64,000 nucleotides of DNA from positions 126 through 64,125 of the forward strand of contig JBDIVQ010000004.1 of assembly GCA_039794345.1 (NCBI GenBank), given 5' to 3'. The position numbers were made by a program, and so were the translations under genes. The notes under the pieces were generated by a model. The model was not told the DNA's origin. It worked only from the letters and a program-made list of their open reading frames with translations, and made no database searches. The stretch's first letter is position 1, and each line of letters begins with the position of its first letter. Of the stretch, positions 55,188-64,000 are shown piece after piece. Source of the DNA: Phycisphaerae bacterium (lineage in GTDB: Bacteria > Planctomycetota > Phycisphaerae > Phycisphaerales > UBA5793).

Positions 55188-56303
55188 TTACGGGATCTGC
55201 ACGGCGCCGCTGGTCGTGCATGGATTGCCGTCCGCCACGACCATCTCGAGGAACCGGCCGCATCCGCACTCCGGAACTTCGCCGCGAACCTCGCCGACTC
55301 CGTCCGGACCCGTGTTTCCGGTGTAGACGACCCTCAGGCCACCGCTGCCCAGGCCGAGTTGCGTCCCGCCGCACGGCCCGCCGGGGATGACGAAACTACC
55401 CGTGGCGTACGCGAAGACGATCGCCATCTGCTGGTTCGCCGGGGCGCCGGTCCAGGAGAGCACGATTCCGCCGGGACACTGGCCGTCCACGCGCACGACA
55501 AACGGCGGGGGTCCGGGTTCGTCGATGCTCATGTTGTCGTACGCGGCGATGTTGCCGACCGTACCGCCGCCGGAGAACATGCGGAAGCCCGTCGGATGCG
55601 GGCGTCCGCCTCCCTGTCCGCCTTCGAGGTACCAGTCAGTCGGGAAGGCCTCTGACGACTGGTTGGTGCTCAGGTCAGTGATCTCCACGCGCGTGATGCG
55701 GTTGGCGGTGAAGTCGATGTCCGTCTCGAAGCCGTACCAGTTGTTCAGGGTCAGATTCTCCCAGGCGGGTCCGGGGCTCATTCCCGGCTGAGGATGAGCG
55801 ATGCCATTGGCGTCGTAGGCGAGGTAGAACGCCCGCCAGTTGGTCGCCGTGTTCGGATCGACCCACGAAAAGAGGTGGATGTAGCTGGCCGAGCCGGGGT
55901 AGGGCTGAACCGAGTAACTGCCGAGGTTGTTTGAGGCCGGCGGCTGGCCGGTGTAGAGGCACAAGGCATCATACTTCACGGTGACGACACCCGTCGGCCA
56001 GGTGATGTCGCGCTGCGCGCGGGCAAAGACGCCGCCGCCCGGCCCCTCACGGGCCACGAACTGATCCCCTCCGCGCGGATTCTGGGCGATTCCATGAATG
56101 TTCCCCGCATAGGTGAACGCCCAGTAGTCAGTGCCGCTCGGGACGTAGTAGCCGTCCTGACCTGTGAGCACGGTTCCCCCCGGAGACGCGCTGATGCCGT
56201 CCGAGGTCTCGAACCCGGTTGAGTATTGCGCCATCGCCGGATTGACGGCCGCCAGAGTCATCCCGGCGCCGGCGACCAGCACGGTCGTGAAAAGCCTGAT
56301 CAT
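55188..56303 (-). CDS. Secreted protein of unknown function, paralog B
   Basis: 371 aa. Signal peptide MIRLFTTVLVAGAGMTLAAVNPAMAQ. GAGGAGG 7 nt upstream of the ATG. Confidence 0.8.
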   Translation of the reverse strand: MIRLFTTVLVAGAGMTLAAVNPAMAQYSTGFETSDGISASPGGTVLTGQDGYYVPSGTDYWAFTYAGNIHGIAQNPRGGDQFVAREGPGGGVFARAQRDITWPTGVVTVKYDALCLYTGQPPASNNLGSYSVQPYPGSASYIHLFSWVDPNTATNWRAFYLAYDANGIAHPQPGMSPGPAWENLTLNNWYGFETDIDFTANRITRVEITDLSTNQSSEAFPTDWYLEGGQGGGRPHPTGFRMFSGGGTVGNIAAYDNMSIDEPGPPPFVVRVDGQCPGGIVLSWTGAPANQQMAIVFAYATGSFVIPGGPCGGTQLGLGSGGLRVVYTGNTGPDGVGEVRGEVPECGCGRFLEMVVADGNPCTTSGAVQIP

Positions 56304-56538
56304 CTCCAGTCCTCCTCAATTGCGAGCAGCGCCCCCTTCTCGGGCGCACCGTTCGCGCGGGCCACGGTCGCCCGCTGCGGACGACTCGTCCGGCAGGAGC
56401 GACCGCCGAAGTTACGACAAGCAGACGCGGCGGGGAGAGAAGTCAGATGGTCCACGATTCAGCCGGTCACGGCGCGCGGCAGCCAAGGCGCACGCAAAAC
56501 GACGGCGATCAAATCCCCACCGACGGTGCCACGAGTAG

Positions 56539-56567
56539 ATTAGAACGGAGCGGGCGACGCCTGTCAA
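56539..56567 (-). promoter_or_regulatory. Candidate promoter of secreted paralog B
   Basis: Minus strand TTGACA (56567-56562), N17, TCTAAT (56544-56539). The leader would be about 230 nt. Confidence 0.4.
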
Positions 56568-56630
56568 GGAGAAACTCAACGAAGTCCGAAAAAGCGCGGA
56601 AATGGCCCCGGTCCGTCCTCGGCGCTGACT

Positions 56631-57128
56631 TTATCCGGACCGACTCGGATCCGGATCGGCCAGAACAGCCTCGGTCTGCCTCCGCCGGTAGTCCTCGATG
56701 GCCGGGAGAAACTCGGGGTGTGCGGCGGAGAGAATGGCCGTGGCCAGCAGGGCCGCATTGATGGCGCCCGGCTTGCCGATCGCGAGCGTGCCGACGGGAA
56801 TGCCCGCGGGCATCTGCACGATGGACAGGAGCGAATCAAGGCCGTTGAGGGACTTGGAGGGCATCGGCACGCCGAGGACGGGAAGCGAGGTCTTGGCGGC
56901 TGTTACGCCGGCGAGATGGGCCGCCCCGCCCGCCGCCGCGATGATGATCTCCAGCCCGCGCCCCCGCGCGGAGGAGGCGTACTCGAAGAGCCGGTCCGGC
57001 GCCCGGTGCGCCGAGATCACGAGCGTCTCGTGTGGAACGCCGAGCGATTCGAGCGTCCGCGCGCAGTGCTCCATCGTCTCCCAGTCTGACTTGCTCCCCA
57101 TGATCACGCCGACGAGCGGTTTGCGCAT
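56631..57128 (-). CDS. purE: N5-carboxyaminoimidazole ribonucleotide mutase
   Basis: ATG 57128 ([15 protein letters not shown]) with GAGGA 5 nt upstream. 165 aa with [17 protein letters not shown] and PVLGVP. Confidence 0.9.
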   Translation of the reverse strand: MRKPLVGVIMGSKSDWETMEHCARTLESLGVPHETLVISAHRAPDRLFEYASSARGRGLEIIIAAAGGAAHLAGVTAAKTSLPVLGVPMPSKSLNGLDSLLSIVQMPAGIPVGTLAIGKPGAINAALLATAILSAAHPEFLPAIEDYRRRQTEAVLADPDPSRSG

Positions 57129-57184
57129 CTTTGTCCTCGCTTCATTCGTTTCAGTGATGGTGGCCCGAATCCGGTCGATGCCCT

Positions 57185-58597
57185 TCAACGGGCGGCGCTG
57201 CCGCAGAAGGCGACCGGGCTGCGGTAGCCGTCGCGGTCATACGCGCGCACGCCGAAGAAACAGATGTCTTTGTTGACCTCGAGGGTCGCCTCCGTCGCCG
57301 GTCCGGCGTCGTGGACGCTGCTCCACTCATGCTCGGTCGTGGCGCGCCACACGACTTCGTAACCGGCCACGTCGGACTCCGGAGAAGGATCCCATCGCAG
57401 CGTCGTGTCGTTGCTCAGCCGTGCGGTAACGATGCGCGCATTGGCGGGGGATGATGGGGCGTTGGCGAGGTGGGCCAGCGCCGCCCCGTTGACGCGCGTC
57501 ACCTCCGCGAGGTAGGCGCCATCCACGAACTCGGGCAGGTCGCCGTACTGCACGCCGTCTTCGACGCGTACGTCCTGATGCTGGCGGTCGTAGTTCTCTT
57601 CGACGATGGTGAAGCGGACGGCGGGATAGCCCGACTCGTTGAATGCGGTGTGATCGCCGCCGCGAAGGAAGCGATCCGCGCGATTCACCAGCAGGGGCTG
57701 CACCGCCAGGCCGTGCAGCCGAGCGGCCTGCGCGACGTAGCGGGCGATCTGGCGCGAGGGCGAGTCGTTCTCCATGCCCAGCGAGCGGATGCGGGCGAGG
57801 TCTTCGGCCGCGAGCGTCCGCGGCAGTGCTTCGGAGAAGACCCGGATCTGTCGGTCGAAGACGCGGCCGGAAGGCCCCTTGGGATCGCCGACGATGTCGT
57901 TGCTCAGCACGGCGCGGATGTCCGCCCCCTGTTCGCGCGCGGTGGCGGCGTGCAGGCGGGCGCCGATGAGTCCCTGCTCTTCGCCGGCGGTGGCCATGAA
58001 GACGATCGTGGCATCGTAGCGCCGTCGCGACATGACCCGCGCCAGTTCCATGACGACCGCCACGCCGGAGGCGTCGTCGTTGGCGCCGGGGGCGTCGCTG
58101 GCGGTGTCGTTCTCCCCGCTGGCGCGCGAGTCGTAGTGGCCGATGACGTAGTAGCGCCGGCTGCGCGCTTCGGGAAGCGCCCCGGGCAACTCCGCGACCA
58201 CGTTGACGATGCGCGTTTCGACGGGGACGCGCCGCCGGTCCGGTCCGTAGGTGTGCTCGTCAAAGTACACTTTCATCGCCTCGGCGCCGGCGCGTTCGCT
58301 GAGCAGGGCGTAGCGTTCGAATTCGCCGCGAATCCACCGCCGGGCGGCGCCGATGCCGCGCGTCTCCGATTCCGTTTCGCTCAGCGTGTGCCGCGTGCCG
58401 AAGGACGCGAGCGTTTCGACGATCCCCTTGACCGAGTCCGGAGAGACCTCGGCGAGCATGAGTTCGACGTCATTCATCGGTCCGCTCTCCGCGGGCTCCG
58501 CCGCCCGGTCTCCGCCGGCCGCGCACCCCGCCAGGTGCAGCAGCATTGACAAGAGCACCGCGCCCGATCCCGCTGCGAATGTGCTTTGCTTGGGCAT
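57185..58597 (-). CDS. M28-family metallopeptidase lipoprotein with C-terminal fibronectin-III-like domain
   Basis: 470 aa. Lipobox [48 protein letters not shown] and [19 protein letters not shown]. Confidence 0.85.
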   Translation of the reverse strand: MPKQSTFAAGSGAVLLSMLLHLAGCAAGGDRAAEPAESGPMNDVELMLAEVSPDSVKGIVETLASFGTRHTLSETESETRGIGAARRWIRGEFERYALLSERAGAEAMKVYFDEHTYGPDRRRVPVETRIVNVVAELPGALPEARSRRYYVIGHYDSRASGENDTASDAPGANDDASGVAVVMELARVMSRRRYDATIVFMATAGEEQGLIGARLHAATAREQGADIRAVLSNDIVGDPKGPSGRVFDRQIRVFSEALPRTLAAEDLARIRSLGMENDSPSRQIARYVAQAARLHGLAVQPLLVNRADRFLRGGDHTAFNESGYPAVRFTIVEENYDRQHQDVRVEDGVQYGDLPEFVDGAYLAEVTRVNGAALAHLANAPSSPANARIVTARLSNDTTLRWDPSPESDVAGYEVVWRATTEHEWSSVHDAGPATEATLEVNKDICFFGVRAYDRDGYRSPVAFCGSAAR

Positions 58598-58817
58598 GAT
58601 CGACAGTGTAGCCGGCCAGTCGCGGCGCGACAGCGGGGGTCCGGCGGCGCCGAATCGCCGGGGCCGGAGCGGGTGAAACCCCGTTGGACCTCACCGGCCG
58701 AATCGACGCTGCGTCGCGCGACGGAATGGACGCCGGGAGAAACCCGCGCAACACTTCATCCCGCGCCACACCTGGTCTCGTCGCCCGCACCAAGTTGAAT
58801 CCTGAATCGAGGTCATC

Positions 58818-59867
58818 ATGAGTCTGTCCGCCAGTCCGACATTCGCCGTCGTCGGCGCCACCGGAGCCGTCGGCCGCGAGATGCTTGACGTGCTCCGTGT
58901 CCAGGGCGTCGGGGCGGAGTCGATCCGTGCGTTCGCATCGCCCCGTTCCGCAGGCCGGCGCCTGGCGTATGGGAGCGAGGAGATCGGCGTCGAGGCGCTC
59001 GAACCGGGCGTGCTCGAGGGCATCGACATCGCCCTCTTCTCGGCGGGTTCGGCGATCTCGAAGCAGTTCGCACGGCCGGCCGCGGCCCGCGGGACGGTGG
59101 TCATCGACAACTCCTCCGCGTTCCGCATGGATGCCGACGTGCCTCTCATTGTGCCGGAGATCAACGGCGATGAACTCCTCGCGAACGAGTCGTGCCGCCT
59201 CATCGCCAATCCGAACTGCTCGACGATCATCACGCTCATGGCCGCGACGCCCATCCACCGCCTGCTGGGGGTGAAGCGCCTGGTCGTGAGCACGTACCAG
59301 GCGGTGAGCGGGGCGGGCGCAGCCGCAATGGAGGAACTCCGCCGCCAGGCCCGCGAAGTGCTTGACGGCGCCGAGCCCACCTGCCGCGTCTTTGACCAGC
59401 CCTGCGCCTTCAACGTCTTCAGCCACAATACCGCCATCGGCGAGGACGGGTACAACGTCGAAGAAACGAAGATGGTCAGGGAGACGCACAAGATCTGGGG
59501 CGATGGTTCAGTGCGGATCTGCGCCACCTGCATCCGCGTGCCGGTCTTCCGCGCCCACTGCGCCTCGATCAACCTCACGCTGCGCGAGCCCGTCGGCGAT
59601 CTCGACGCGGTGCGCGAGGCGATCGCGGCGTTTTCCGGCGTGCGGCTGGTGGACGACCGGCCGGGGAACCGCTTCCCGACGCCCCTGGAGGCCTCGGGGC
59701 GCGACGAGGTTCTTGTCGGCCGACTCCGATTCGACCCCTCCCAGATCGATGAACAGGGTAGGTGTTTCGGGCTGAACCTCTTCGCGGCCGGCGACCAGTT
59801 GCGCAAGGGCGCCGCCCTCAACGCGGTGCAGATCGCCAACGTGCTGATGGCGCACGCGGGAGTGTGA
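58818..59867 (+). CDS. asd: Aspartate-semialdehyde dehydrogenase
   Basis: 349 aa with FAVVGATGAVGREM, IANPNCSTI (active-site Cys), STYQAVSGAG and RVPVFRAHC. Confidence 0.95.
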   Translation: MSLSASPTFAVVGATGAVGREMLDVLRVQGVGAESIRAFASPRSAGRRLAYGSEEIGVEALEPGVLEGIDIALFSAGSAISKQFARPAAARGTVVIDNSSAFRMDADVPLIVPEINGDELLANESCRLIANPNCSTIITLMAATPIHRLLGVKRLVVSTYQAVSGAGAAAMEELRRQAREVLDGAEPTCRVFDQPCAFNVFSHNTAIGEDGYNVEETKMVRETHKIWGDGSVRICATCIRVPVFRAHCASINLTLREPVGDLDAVREAIAAFSGVRLVDDRPGNRFPTPLEASGRDEVLVGRLRFDPSQIDEQGRCFGLNLFAAGDQLRKGAALNAVQIANVLMAHAGV

Positions 59868-59977
59868 GGCGCTTGTGCGGGGCGGGGCGCTCCGGCGCAG
59901 AACGTCCTCGTCGCGGCTGACCGGGTTTCTGCTCCGGGTGATGCATCGAGGCCCGGCCGTCCCGATCCGGCGCCAGG

Positions 59978-60802
59978 TCACCACCAGCGCACGCACTCCA
60001 TGCGGCGCGTAAAGGCGCCGGGAAGCGGGCCGCGGCGCAGCACGTAGAGGGGCAAGTGCGGCGGGCAGAAGAGCCGCACGTCGAAGTAACTCTCCCCGAG
60101 GCCCCGGCTGATCGTGCCGACGGAGTCGCGGCATCGCAGAACGCCGCTGGAGTGGCGCAACGGGATGTTGGAACTGTTGTGGAAGGCGATGGGCAGGCCG
60201 AAGCGCACCTGCCCGCCGTGCGTGTGTCCGAGCAGCGCCCATTCGACGCCGAGATCGGCGCAGGTGATGAGAATGGAGGGCTCGTGGCCGAGGAGGATGC
60301 GATAGGATCGGTCCTCCACGCCGGCCCGGCGTTCGAGATCGCGCGCCTCGACGATGGTCTGGATGAGATCGCAGGGCGTGCTCGTTCCGAGGAAGGTGAT
60401 GCCGAGGTCGGGCAGGACCGCCGCGCGATGTTCGAGCCAGCCGACGCCGGGGATCGCCGCGGCGAGGCGCTTGAAGGCCTCGGAGTCGTGGTTGCCGAAA
60501 CTGGCGTAAGCGCCGCAGCGCGGCCGCAGCGCCGCGGCGAGGTCGCGCAGCACCGCCATCGCCGCCGCCTCGTCGCGCGGCAGGGTCATGTAGTCGCCGG
60601 TCATGCACACGAAGTCGGGCCTGATCCGGCCGCACATCGCGACCAGTCGGCGAAACCACGGCCGGTAGCGGCGAACATGCAGGTCGGAGAGGTGCAGAAT
60701 CGTCCGTCCCTCCATCGCGCGGGGCAGTCCCGGCAGGCTCAGGTCGATCCGCTCTGCGATGGGAAGGTCGGGCCGCGGCGGCGAAAGGCATACGGCGGGC
60801 AT
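59978..60802 (-). CDS. Calcineurin-like metallophosphoesterase
   Basis: Start set to ATG 60802 to avoid the divergent gene. 274 aa with ILHLSDLHV, MTGDY, FGNHD and LGHTHGGQ. Confidence 0.8.
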   Translation of the reverse strand: MPAVCLSPPRPDLPIAERIDLSLPGLPRAMEGRTILHLSDLHVRRYRPWFRRLVAMCGRIRPDFVCMTGDYMTLPRDEAAAMAVLRDLAAALRPRCGAYASFGNHDSEAFKRLAAAIPGVGWLEHRAAVLPDLGITFLGTSTPCDLIQTIVEARDLERRAGVEDRSYRILLGHEPSILITCADLGVEWALLGHTHGGQVRFGLPIAFHNSSNIPLRHSSGVLRCRDSVGTISRGLGESYFDVRLFCPPHLPLYVLRRGPLPGAFTRRMECVRWW

Positions 60803-61004
60803 GGCGCGGGGATCGTAGACCCGGCTCCGGCCGGGCAATGCGGCGGCGGGTTTCTCATTCGCGCCGCCGGATCGCGGATGTTGCCGGCCCGTGGTTTCGA
60901 CGCTAGTCTTCTGATTGCAGGGCGATAGACTCGCGTCTGCAAATTGGACGGCCCCGCGCCTCGCCGCGGGCCGCTGGAACGCCGCTTCACGGAGGTTCGT
61001 CACG

Positions 61005-61796
61005 ATGGCCAAGATGTTCTACACGCTCGACGAGGCAGCCGCACGACTGGGCAAGTCGGCCGAGGAAGTGACCCGCATGGCCGCGTCGGGCCAGATTCAG
61101 GAATTCCGCGATCGTGACAAACTCATGTTCAAGAAAGAGCAGATTGACCTGCTCGCCGGCGACGACGAGGTCGAGCCGATCGGCCTGGCGGACTCCGCCG
61201 AAAACAAGGCGATCGCGGACAAGGACAAGGAAGAGTCCGTACTCGGCCTGATGGACTCGAAGGAATCGACAGGCATCTCCATCTTCGACGCTGACGATCT
61301 TGAAAAGGCCGACCCGAGCGCGGCGACGCAGGTCTCCGACTCGATTTCGCCGGCGGGGTTCAGCCTCGATCCGCATGCCTCGGGTTCAGGTCTGCTCGAC
61401 CTGACGCGCGAAGCGGATGACACCTCGCTCGGCGCGGTCCTCGACGACATCAAGTACCCGGGCGAAGAAGCGGCGGCGCAGTCGGGCGGGGCCTCGGGTC
61501 TCTTCGCTTCGCCGGCCGTTGAAGCACCCGTCGGCGCGGGCGCCCTGGTCATGCCCGCCACGATCGAGTACTACGACGGCGCCGGGAGCGGCCTGGCCGT
61601 CGGCCTGGCGATCGGCGCTCTCGTCAGCCTGCTCCTCTCCACCCTCGTGCTCTTCACGGCCCTCGTCGGAGACCAGACCGTTGCGGGCATCGCGCGAACG
61701 ATCGCAGAGAGCCTGTGGATGTACGTCGGCATTTTCGCGGGTGTCACCATCGTTTCCGGCATCGTCGGCTGGTTCGTGGGCAAGACGTTCCAGTAG
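61005..61796 (+). CDS. Membrane-anchored protein with N-terminal excisionase/MerR-like helix-turn-helix
   Basis: ATG 61005 with GGAGG 9 nt upstream. 263 aa. MAKMFYTLDEAAARLGKSAEEVTRMAASGQIQEF, then an acidic linker, then two C-terminal TM helices (LAVGLAIGALVSLLLSTLVLF and MYVGIFAGVTIVSGIVGWFVG). Confidence 0.6.
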   Translation: MAKMFYTLDEAAARLGKSAEEVTRMAASGQIQEFRDRDKLMFKKEQIDLLAGDDEVEPIGLADSAENKAIADKDKEESVLGLMDSKESTGISIFDADDLEKADPSAATQVSDSISPAGFSLDPHASGSGLLDLTREADDTSLGAVLDDIKYPGEEAAAQSGGASGLFASPAVEAPVGAGALVMPATIEYYDGAGSGLAVGLAIGALVSLLLSTLVLFTALVGDQTVAGIARTIAESLWMYVGIFAGVTIVSGIVGWFVGKTFQ

Positions 61797-61894
61797 GGCC
61801 GCGGGATCGAGATCAGGAGCGCGCTGCGTTGAACGACCTGCGCTGGCGTCCTCGCTTGGCGCTGCGTCGGGCGCCGGGTCCGGCGGAGCGCTGA

Positions 61895-62575
61895 GTGATG
61901 CCCCTTTCGTTCTATGGAATCCGTGAGTGGGGCGGGGCGCTGGTGATCGCGCTGGCGATTTCGGCCGTCGCGTGGTGGGCGGGGTGGTGGTGGCTGCTCC
62001 CGCCGGTCTGGCTCGCCTGGCTCGCCGTCGCTGCCTTTTTCCGCGATCCGATCCGCAGCGTGCCCACCGACCTGCCGGAGGGGGCGTTTCTGAGCCCGGC
62101 GGACGGCACCATCTCCGCGGTCGAACGCATCGATGCCCACGAAGCGACGGGGGGCGCGCCGGCGGTCATCATCCGCATCTTCCTCAGCGTGCTCGATGTT
62201 CACATCAATCGCAGCCCCTGCGCGGCGACGGTGCGGCACTGCCGCCATCGCCCGGGCCGCCACCTCGACGCGCGAACCGCCGAGTCCGCGCGCGTCAACG
62301 AGTCCAACCTCATCATCCTCGATCGCGGAGGCGAGACAATCGGCGTCCGCCAGGTCAGCGGCGCCATCGCGCGGCGCATCGTCTGTCCCCTCGCCTCGGG
62401 CCGGCGACTCGCCCGCGGCGAGCGAATCGGCATGATCAAGTTCGGCTCGACGACCGAACTGATTCTGCCCCGGCCGGATGAAGTGGCGGTGCACGTGCGC
62501 CTGGGCGAGAAGGTGCGCGGCGGACTGACGGTGCTTGCGGCGTTCACCCCCGCGCCGCTCGATGATGTGCTCTGA
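61895..62575 (+). CDS. psd: Phosphatidylserine decarboxylase proenzyme (short form)
   Basis: 226 aa; an ATG also occurs at 61898. FFRDPIR, SPADGTI, VHINRSP and the self-cleavage context IKFGSTTELI. Confidence 0.85.
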   Translation: MMPLSFYGIREWGGALVIALAISAVAWWAGWWWLLPPVWLAWLAVAAFFRDPIRSVPTDLPEGAFLSPADGTISAVERIDAHEATGGAPAVIIRIFLSVLDVHINRSPCAATVRHCRHRPGRHLDARTAESARVNESNLIILDRGGETIGVRQVSGAIARRIVCPLASGRRLARGERIGMIKFGSTTELILPRPDEVAVHVRLGEKVRGGLTVLAAFTPAPLDDVL

Positions 62576-62593
62576 CGCGCGTCGTCGGCGAGC

Positions 62594-63133
62594 CTACAGC
62601 GTGAGCAGAACCCGCAGCGCGGCGAAGTTGAGGAATCCCACGGCGATCATGACGGAAACGGAAAGGAAGAGGCCCTCGAGTTCGTCGCTCTCGTCGTAGG
62701 CCTGCGCCGCCGTCCACATCGCCAGCCCCAGGGCGCAGACGACGCCGGAGACGAACGCTCCGATTCGGCCGTACGTTCCACCGTACTTGATCATGAACCA
62801 GGCGAGAATCGCCCAGCCGAACATCGGCGCGACGCCGATGGCCACCCAGCGGAACGTCCACAGAAAGTTCCACACCGCCGCGTTGTCGTTGCGGCGCCGC
62901 ACGGACTCGTGATACTCCATGCCGCACTCCGGACAGCGCTCGCTGTCGATGCCGCGCATGTCGTAGCCGCACGCGGGGCAGATACGCTCGCGGTCAATGA
63001 CGGGCGGGGGCGTCCACGTCTCGACGGGCGTCCGCTCGACCGGCGGCAGGACGTCGTAGAGGTCGTCCGCGCCGGCGCCCGCGTCGCGCGCGGCAGGTCC
63101 GGCCGGCGAAGAAGTGTCAGCAGGCTGTTGCAC
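62594..63133 (-). CDS. Small membrane protein with N-terminal zinc-ribbon (CPxCG)
   Basis: ICPACGYDMRGIDSERCPECG followed by three or four TM helices. There is no in-frame ATG outside glnN, so the start is provisionally GTG 63133. The ORF-track upstream part overlaps glnN and is rejected. Confidence 0.45.
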   Translation of the reverse strand: MQQPADTSSPAGPAARDAGAGADDLYDVLPPVERTPVETWTPPPVIDRERICPACGYDMRGIDSERCPECGMEYHESVRRRNDNAAVWNFLWTFRWVAIGVAPMFGWAILAWFMIKYGGTYGRIGAFVSGVVCALGLAMWTAAQAYDESDELEGLFLSVSVMIAVGFLNFAALRVLLTL

Positions 63134-63198
63134 GCACGATTCTACGGCTTCCGGGAGGCGCCGACCGCGCCGCAGGGGCTGCGGCGCCGCTCCCGACC

Positions 63199-64000
63199 TT
63201 ACTTGATGAAGAGCATCTCCCGATAGGTCGGCAGGGGCCAGAGGTCGTCGGCGACGACGGCTTCGAGCCGGTCGCAGCACTGGCGCAGCGCCGCCATCGC
63301 GGGGATGATCTCGTCGCGGATCGTCTGGCCGTGCGCCTCGATGCTCTTGTGCTCGCGGGCGAGTGTGGCATCGAGTTCGCTGATGCGGCTGCGCAGATCG
63401 GTCACGAGGGAAACGACTTCCTCGAGCAGTTGCGACTCGTGCTCGCACTGGCGTCCGGCGGCCTCGGTGGCGGCGATCGTCTCGGCCACCTCGCACTGGT
63501 AGCGCAGGGCGGCGGGGAGGATCACGGTCCGCGCCATCGACGCGAGCGTTGCGGCCTCGATCGAGAGGGTTGTGTTGTAGCGCTCGAGTTTGATGTGGTA
63601 GCGCGACTCGAACTCGCGTCTGTTGAGCACGCCGTGCCGATCGAAGAGCGCGACGTATTCCTTGGAGTGCATGCCGATGAGGGCATCGACGGAGTTGCGG
63701 ATGTTGGGCAGGCCGCGGCCGGCGGCCTCGTCCTGCCAGGCCTGCGAGTAGTTGTCGCCGTTGAAGATCACCCGGCCGTGCTCGTTGTAGATGCGCTTGA
63801 CGACCTTGGCGAGGGCGTCGCGCACCTTGGCGGGCGTCGGCTGCTTGCCCGTCTCCTCCGTCAGTTCGTCGGCGATGCGCGAGAGGGAATCGGCCACGAC
63901 GGTGTTGAGCACCGTGACCGGCCAGGCAATGGAAGCGGAAGCGCCGACGGCCCGGAACTCGAACTTGTTGCCGGTGAAGGCGAAGGGGCTGGTGCGGTTG
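63199..64000 (-). CDS. glnN: Glutamine synthetase type III, C-terminal part; 5' end lies beyond the window
   Basis: The frame is open to the window edge. NRTSPFAFTGNKFEFRAVGAS continues into LNTVVADSL and ends PLPTYREMLFIK, which is typical of the GlnN C-terminal region. Confidence 0.85.
   Translation of the reverse strand, partial: NRTSPFAFTGNKFEFRAVGASASIAWPVTVLNTVVADSLSRIADELTEETGKQPTPAKVRDALAKVVKRIYNEHGRVIFNGDNYSQAWQDEAAGRGLPNIRNSVDALIGMHSKEYVALFDRHGVLNRREFESRYHIKLERYNTTLSIEAATLASMARTVILPAALRYQCEVAETIAATEAAGRQCEHESQLLEEVVSLVTDLRSRISELDATLAREHKSIEAHGQTIRDEIIPAMAALRQCCDRLEAVVADDLWPLPTYREMLFIK

Noticed and set aside
53506-56303. PEP-CTERM, sortase or lipoprotein sorting for the tandem secreted paralogs
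   Set aside because: The C-termini end in VQVP/VQIP without a TM helix or basic tail. The signal peptides end in AQ/Y without a lipobox Cys.
58598-58817. Several short stems (for example CGACG-CTG-CGTCG and GCGGGT...ACCCGC) upstream of asd that might be a riboswitch
   Set aside because: They match no riboswitch consensus that I can recall (lysine, SAM, glycine). The region is also a divergent promoter region for the M28 peptidase gene. It cannot be resolved without covariance-model scanning.
1-64000. CRISPR arrays, IS elements or transposases, integrases, prophage genes, toxin-antitoxin or recognisable defence systems, and rRNA/tRNA genes
   Set aside because: I saw no direct-repeat/spacer periodicity and no transposase, integrase or phage-like translations in any listed ORF. 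No terminal inverted repeats flank any segment. Composition is uniform apart from short AT-rich promoter-like patches.

Overview
High-GC bacterial chromosome segment (about two-thirds G+C by eye), gene-dense on both strands. Many long ORFs in the supplied track are antisense shadows of real genes. The gene content includes [17 protein letters not shown]-type pseudopilin paralogs, a type III glutamine synthetase, a DksA with a basic tail and scattered dcw genes. This suggests a Planctomycetota/PVC organism, by inference only.

Layout:
(i) 1-6.3 kb: Tat-exported GH116 glycosidase plus a sugar ABC importer.
(ii) 7.4-36 kb: a catabolic supercluster of two divergent, translationally coupled operons around a TetR gene.
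- Minus strand: TetR, FAD subunit, fused FeS/Mo hydroxylase, dihaem cytochrome c, haem-copper-oxidase-like subunit.
- Plus strand (~20 kb): Oah/Dch/Had-like ring-processing enzymes, beta-oxidation enzymes, a three-domain acyl-CoA synthetase fusion, an orphan dehydratase/reductase-family protein with its own ATPase, a four-subunit bzdNOPQ-like ATP-dependent benzoyl-CoA-reductase-type enzyme, hemerythrin, XdhC-MocA and CoxG.
(iii) 36-48 kb: housekeeping genes (SEDS protein, CrtC-like, mraY, murF, murE, thrS, lspA, dksA-like, accA).
(iv) 48-56 kb: pseudopilin-like and unknown secreted paralog pairs, murG, HMG-CoA lyase.
(v) 56-64 kb: purE, M28 peptidase, asd, psd, glnN fragment.

The most striking small-scale signal is a 19-codon leader peptide with 9 Thr codons and a terminator/antiterminator upstream of thrS. 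I saw no rRNA, tRNA, CRISPR or mobile element. All calls rest on motif recognition by eye; no searches or folding programs were run.
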